From Antechinus flavipes (taxonomy: Eukaryota), in assembly GCF_016432865.1 (NCBI RefSeq), contig NC_067401.1, forward strand, positions 39,618,001-39,682,000: a stretch of 64,000 bases of DNA, in the 5' to 3' direction. Below the pieces are notes generated by a model. The model saw only the letters and a list, made by a program, of their open reading frames with translations, did not search any database and was not told the origin of the DNA. This document shows, piece after piece, positions 58,200 to 64,000 of this stretch. Position numbers and translations under genes: made by a program. Every line of letters starts with the position of its first letter. Position 1 is the stretch's first letter.

Positions 58200-60640
58200 A
58201 AAAGTCTGTTTTACTTCTGACCACTGTGTCCCTTAATCTGCCCTCTCTTTTGTCACCCCCATTTTCTTATCCCCTTTACTTCCTAATTGGGTAAAATAGA
58301 TTTATATACCTAATTGAGTATATTTGTGTGTTTCCCATTTTGAAGCAATTACAATGAAAGTGAGTATTACCTTGCCATCACCTCCTTTCAATATAAAAGC
58401 ACTTGTTTGCATGTGCTATGTGAGATAATTTCTGCCATTATTCCCCTCCTTTTCCCTCTTTTTTGCCCTTAAATTTTTTTTGAGATCATTCCAACATAAT
58501 CAACACACATTTATACCCTCTGTCTATGTGAGACTCCTTTTGACTGTCCTAGTAATGATAGTAAATCATTTTAAATAGTTTTAACCTTTTAAAATCTCTT
58601 ATTTCTTTTTCATGTTTACTTTTTAATGCTTCTATTGAGTCTTTTATTTTAATGTCAAATTTTCTATTCAGCTCGTTTTTTCATCAGGAATTCTTTAAAG
58701 TTAACTATTTTATTAAATGTCTGTTTTTTCCCCTGAAGGATTATATTCAGTTGTTTGGAGTAGGAGTTTTTTTTGAATATAGCTATAATTCTTAAATTAT
58801 ACCTCTTCAAACTATTTTCCAGGTCATTTGTTTTTCTGATGAGATATTCACATTTTCTTCTATTTTAAAAAATTCTTTTGAGTTTGTTTTCTTTTTTGAT
58901 GTCTCATGAAATCAAGACTTCATTTGCCCTATTCTAATTTTTGTCTTTTCTTCAGTGAGCTTTTGTACTTCTTTTCCCATTTAGCCAGTTCTTTTTAAGA
59001 ATTTCTTTTCTCCAGCGAATTTTTATGTCTCTTGCCATATGCCAGTTCTGTTTTTTAAGATGTTATTTTTGTGCCCTTTTTAAAAACCAAACTGTTAATC
59101 CTCTTTTTCATAATTTTCTTGCAACATTCTTATTTCTTTTTCAAAATTTTCTTCTACCACTCTTGTAATGTTCTCTTTAAAATATAATGTTCTCTGTTTT
59201 CTTGGGGTCTCTGGAGGCAGCCTTCCTTTCAGTTCAGTAATCACCACAAGTACAGCCAGGTGTTAAAGTCCAAATCCTTTATTGTCTCCTTCAAAGTCTT
59301 GTCTCCTTTCCTGAGGCCCGGTTAGCTTTCTTAGAAGCCTATCTCTCTTCTTGGTTCCTGGGCTTGAGCTCTTGCCTCCTTCTCTGCCCTCTGAATCTCT
59401 CCGAATCTGCAAAGATTTAGCTTCAGCCTGCAGCCACCACAAAGGTGGATGATGGAATGATTCTGTCTCAGCCTCTGAGAGCTTCTAGTGAGCTTGTCCT
59501 TCCTGGCCCTGAGAGCTTCTTCCTTAAATGCTCTACACTGAGTATAAACCAATCATTATATCACTAGGAAACCATTATTTGTTGTAGGATTAAATCAATA
59601 CTAAACTAGATTTAACCATTGTCTCTTCAATTCCACTAAGTATCTTGTTTCAAGTTCAATGATACTGAACCATGCTAAATTAGATAACTATTGTCTCTAT
59701 CAATTCCACTGACTTAGTACCTTGTATGAGTCTTTTGTTTCAATTCAGAGTTCTGGCCCATAATCTGATCATTTCTTTAGCTTTTCAAGGAATTTTTGTT
59801 CTGCTTATGTCAATTTGCATTTCTCTTTGAAGCTTCATTTATAGCTATTTTCAAATTGTTGTCTTCTGAGTTTATGTTTTCATCTTCCTTGTGACTACTA
59901 TAGCTTTTTATGGTCAGGTTCTTTTTTGTTGTTGCTGTTTATTATTGTCATTTTTCTAGCCTTTCTCTTGACTTTGAACTTTATGTTAAAACTGGGCTGT
60001 GTTCCTGAAGTACGGTGGGGGCACTTTTATAAGCATCAGGCTTTTTAGTTGCTATTTTCAGAGTTAGCTCTGGGAGCCTATAGCTTTTCCAGTGCTTCCA
60101 AGCTGGTATAATCTGGGGAGAGGTGTGGTCAGTGATTTCTTATTCTGTACTCTGGTCTTTATCTAGAAAGACCTCTGTTCTTCTACAGCTGAAAATGATA
60201 GTGGTCCCCTTAATCCTAGAACCAGGTCCCCTGGTGTCCTTCTCCATAAGCACTAGTGTTCCTCTTGATGCTGGAATTATTAATAGGTCCCTTCCTCTCC
60301 TGTGGCCATAAATGCTAGTGTTCTACTCTGTGACTGGGAGCTATATTTGGTCAATGCAATAGGATTCTGCACCCAGTGTCAGAAAAGGATCATCTAGAAT
60401 CTCTTTCTGACTAGTTGCCCTACCCCCATACCATCTGTGGGCTGAAAGCTCCCAAAGCTAGTGCTGCTGCCATGTGTGCTCCAAGCTACCTCCCACCTTG
60501 GTGCTAACTTTCTAAGTTGTCTTAGTCTGGAAAAAAAATGCCTCACCTTGATCTTTTGTTGGCTTTGCTGCTCCAGAATTCAATTTGAAACATTTTTTAA
60601 AGTTAATTTGAGGGTATGTTGGGAGAATTTGTCTGGATTA
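58200..60640 (-). mobile_element. Old L1/HAL1-like 5'UTR and ORF1 remnant, interrupted by an LTR
   Basis: T-rich ORF1 antisense; 5'UTR motif ttctgcacccagtgtcagaaaagg. Confidence 0.55.
59188..59762 (-). mobile_element. Solo ERV LTR
   Basis: ~575 bp starting tgttctct and ending ctggcccata; minus-strand AATAAA near 59278-59283; internal repeat of attgtctct..caattccact; TSD not resolved. Confidence 0.7.
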
Positions 60641-60985
60641 TTGCCTCTACTCTCCCATTTTAGTTCTTCTTCCCTACCTCAAGTCTCAGAAGGAAACTTT
60701 GATTACTGCCAAGAAGGTAAGCAAGATATTGGGTTCAGGGACTTGTCATCCTATTTCTCTCTGAGAAAGAGTACTGTGCTAGAATGATATATAGCCAAAT
60801 CTTTCTCTTTGCCCACAAATATTGTTAGTCTAAGGAAAATGTGTTTTTTTTTAAATTCAAGTTGAATTTCTGATCACCATATCTTAATGGAGAATGGATA
60901 CTACAAGTTATACATCCAAAGATTCACTTCGATTCCACCAAATTCCACTTCCACAAAGAACACTTGTAGTAAATGAATCAATTTA

Positions 60986-62243
60986 CTTTTTTTTGTTTTG
61001 TTTTGATTAGCTATACATCTTTATTTTATTTTTTTTTTTTACTAACTTTTTATTGATAGAACCCATGCCAGGATAATTTTTTTTTCAGCATTATCCCTTG
61101 CATTCACTTCTGTTCCGATTTTTCCCCTCCCTCCCTCCACCCCCTCCCCTAGGTGGCAAGCAGCCCTTTACATGTTGAATAGGTTATAGTATATCCTAGA
61201 TACAATATACGTGTGCAGAACTGAACAGTTTTCTTGTTGCACAGGGAGAATTGAATTCAGAAGGTAGAAATAACCTGGGAAGAAAAACAAAAATACAAGC
61301 AGTTTATATTCATTTCCCAGTGTTCTTTCTTTGGGTGTAGCTGCTTCTGTCCATTTTTGATCTGAATTAACTCTCTTTATTGAAGAGCTCCACTTCCATC
61401 AGAATATATCCTCAAACAGTATCGTTGTTGAGGTATATAATGATCTCCTGGTTCTGCTCGTTTCACTTAGCATCAGTTCATGTAAGTCTCGCCAGTCCTC
61501 TCTGTATTCATCCTGCTGGTCATTCCTTACAGAACAATAATATTCCATAACATTCATATGCCACAATTTACTCAACCATTCTCCAGTTGATGGGCATCTA
61601 TTCATTTTCCAGTTTCTAGCCACTACAAACAGGGCTGCCACAAACATTTTGGCACATACAGGTCCCTTTCCTTTCTTTAGTATCTCTTTGGGGTATAAGC
61701 CCAGTAGAAACACTGCTGGATCAAAGGGTATGCACAGTTTGACAACTTTTTGAGCATAATTCCAAATTGCTCTGCAGAATGGCTGGATGTGTTCACAATT
61801 CTACCAACAATGTATCAGTGTCCCTGTTTTCCCACATCCCCTCCAACATTCCACATTATCTTTCCCTGTCATTCTAGCCAATCTGACAGGTGTGTAGTGG
61901 TATCTCAGAGTTGTCTTAATTTGCATTTCTCTGATTAATAATGATTTGGAGCATATTTTCATGTATCTAGAAATAGTTTCAATTTCTTTTTCTGAGAATT
62001 GTCTGTTCATATCCTTTGACCATTTATCAATTGGAGAATGGTTTGATTTCTTATAAATTAGAGTCAATTCTCTATATATTTTGGAAATGAGGGCCTTTAT
62101 CAGAACCTTTGATTATAAAAATGTTTACCCAGTTTATTGTTTCCCTTCTAATCTTGTCTGCATTTGTTTTGTTTGTACAAAAACTTTTCAATTTGATATA
62201 ATCAAAATTTTCTATTTTGTGGTCAATAGTGATCTCTAGTTCT
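60986..62243 (-). mobile_element. 5'-truncated, relatively young L1 with perfect 16-bp TSD
   Basis: TSD taaatgaatcaattta at 60970-60985 and 62244-62259; ORF2 C-terminal remnants (MFLLGLYPKEILKKGKGP...; ...TTLRYHYTPVRLA). Confidence 0.92.
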
Positions 62244-62689
62244 TAAATGAATCAATTTATCCAAACTTCCTGCAAACAGAAATCAGAGAAGATAAACAAA
62301 TGAGAATATATCAAACAATACACAGAATGAATGAATTCTCCCATTGGAAGCAAGATAACTCAAGATCTCACTTAGGGGAAATTCCTGAAATATTTAAGGT
62401 AATAAGCTGGCTTGATAACATGACAAAGTACCAGTTTTTTTATGTGCTGGCTTCTTTTCAGAGTCTTTCTCTCCCTTAAGGGAGAGAAATTTTGCCCCTC
62501 AACTGCCACCAATGTGAAGTATCTAATACAAATGGGCTTTGAGTCATAAGTTACACAGAGATTTTTAAAAGCCCATGTATGTAGAGGCTAAAGATTTGCT
62601 GATGTAAGCATTCTCCAAATATGCAACATGAGTTGAAAATACTTCACACACGTGGGCACAAGCATCACATTTTTTGGTAACATTTGTGA

Positions 62690-62910
62690 CTTTTTTAGGC
62701 CAGAAAAATCTTTTTCTTATTAACTCTAGGGGCCTTTCTCAGCGATTTAGCCTCTCATTCCTTTCTCTAAAATCATCCTACAAAACTTTCATGACTATAG
62801 AAAGATATGTTCTAGGTAGTACTAACTGCTTTCTGGTGCCATGTGTAGGATTCACTGACAGTACAGTACCTGGCACATAGTACGTACTTAATAGATACTT
62901 GTTGATCAGT
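62690..62910 (+). mobile_element. L2-like 3' end
   Basis: acagtacctggcacatagtacgtacttaatagatacttgttga. Confidence 0.6.
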
Positions 62911-64000
62911 TATTGATTTGAGTGCAATTTAGCACTGTTATTCAACTCCAATTTCTGCCACTGTCTCTATGACAAAGTACCCTCAATGATTGTAGCTCTA
63001 TCCATTCTGCCTTGTTTTTTGGTTTGTCAGCCATCTGCTCTTTTCAATGGTCATTCGCAAATAGTTGAGGTAAGTAGATTGCGAACTCTTTGAGGATAGG
63101 AACTGTCTTTTAAGCCTTTCTTTATATCTAGTGCTTTGCATAGTGCCTGTTACATAGACACTTAATAATGTTTATTGTGGATTGAAATAGGATTGACTTA
63201 TAAAAAGGGTTCCATATGCTCTTTACATACTGTCTGATGGAAATCTAAAACTTCCAGCTGTTCTGCCATCTGTCTTCCAGTTCCTTGGGAGTTAAATATA
63301 GCTTTCAATGTCATATGGTCTTTGGGACAGGGCACTTGGCCAATAATGGATGCTGCCACCCATTTCTGGCAAACAGCATCAAACTGTTGAAGGCCTTTGT
63401 TGAAACTATCTTTCTATACAACACAAATATTTTCACTGATGCCATTTTGGGAAATCTGATATTTTCTTCATGGAACATAAAGCATTTTTACTGGGTTTTT
63501 ACTGTCTCACTGACACCAACTGAGTATGATTGAATCATGATTGAGGTGCAGCTGAGCATTGTGAGCATTGTGCCTGAATTTGGCCTACAAAAAGAGATTA
63601 GGCACAGACATGAAGGAAAAATTGTCCAGGGCTAATGGAGCAGATAGAAGACCCTCTACATACAAAGAATGAGGTAGGAACCAGGAAGGCATGTGGTAAT
63701 TCTGCTAAAACAGAAAGCATACAAGGAGACAGTCAAAGTGGAGAAGCATTGGGATAAAGCCATTATATAGAAAAGTAAATGCAGACCTTTTCCTTTACTA
63801 CTGTGAATTGTGTGGATTGTGCAAGTCCAGGGGAAGGAAATCAATGTTTTATTTAACCTTAAGTGCTTTCTCTTTCAGGGAGAACTTATAAATATAGAAG
63901 ACTTCATAGAAGTCATGAAGAAGCCATATCTGATAGAGGAGAGCCATATTGGCTTTGTAGGGACTTAGATATGAATCCTTTGTGTTTTGAATTTTCTATG

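Noticed and set aside
59160-59770. Target-site duplication for the solo LTR
   Set aside because: The flanks (atataa / atctga) do not match, and a local taatgttctct repeat blurs the boundary, so no TSD is claimed.
63230-63580. Possible further Gypsy protease-RT linker (LTPKELED)
   Set aside because: A single weak motif; cannot be supported without a search.
52300-64000. CTXND2, recalled to lie upstream of human SETDB1
   Set aside because: No DVDKG-type cortexin transmembrane ORF recognised; likely outside the window.

Overview
Mammalian genomic DNA, most likely a marsupial and possibly a dasyurid (inferred from the SINE and L1 tail types). It holds three spliced genes in the order known from human 1q21.3, read in reverse. 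ANXA9 (-) has 10 coding exons at 3636-8596; its last two exons are not in the window. CERS2 (+) has a complete 380-aa CDS at 20325-23984 and a CpG-island promoter near 15.2-16.3 kb. SETDB1 (-) has a complete 1277-aa CDS in 21 coding exons at 25481-48398 and a CpG-island promoter near 51.4-52.3 kb. All coding-exon boundaries were read by eye and are GT-AG and in frame. Introns and the 52-64 kb intergenic region are rich in L1, L2-like, core-SINE, hAT, Tigger and LTR repeats. The most unusual non-genic structures are: (1) a ~440-bp inverted duplication (~90% identity) between the ANXA9 and CERS2 promoters that abuts a palindromic AT-rich minisatellite; (2) a fossil Ty3/Gypsy integrase, with possible RT/RNase H patches, broken up by younger insertions; (3) a palindromic bidirectional polyA signal that predicts overlapping CERS2/SETDB1 3' ends; and (4) a ~565-bp tandem duplication in SETDB1 intron 1. 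Repeat names and protein comparisons come from memory, not database searches. Nothing here is a demonstrably new biological system.
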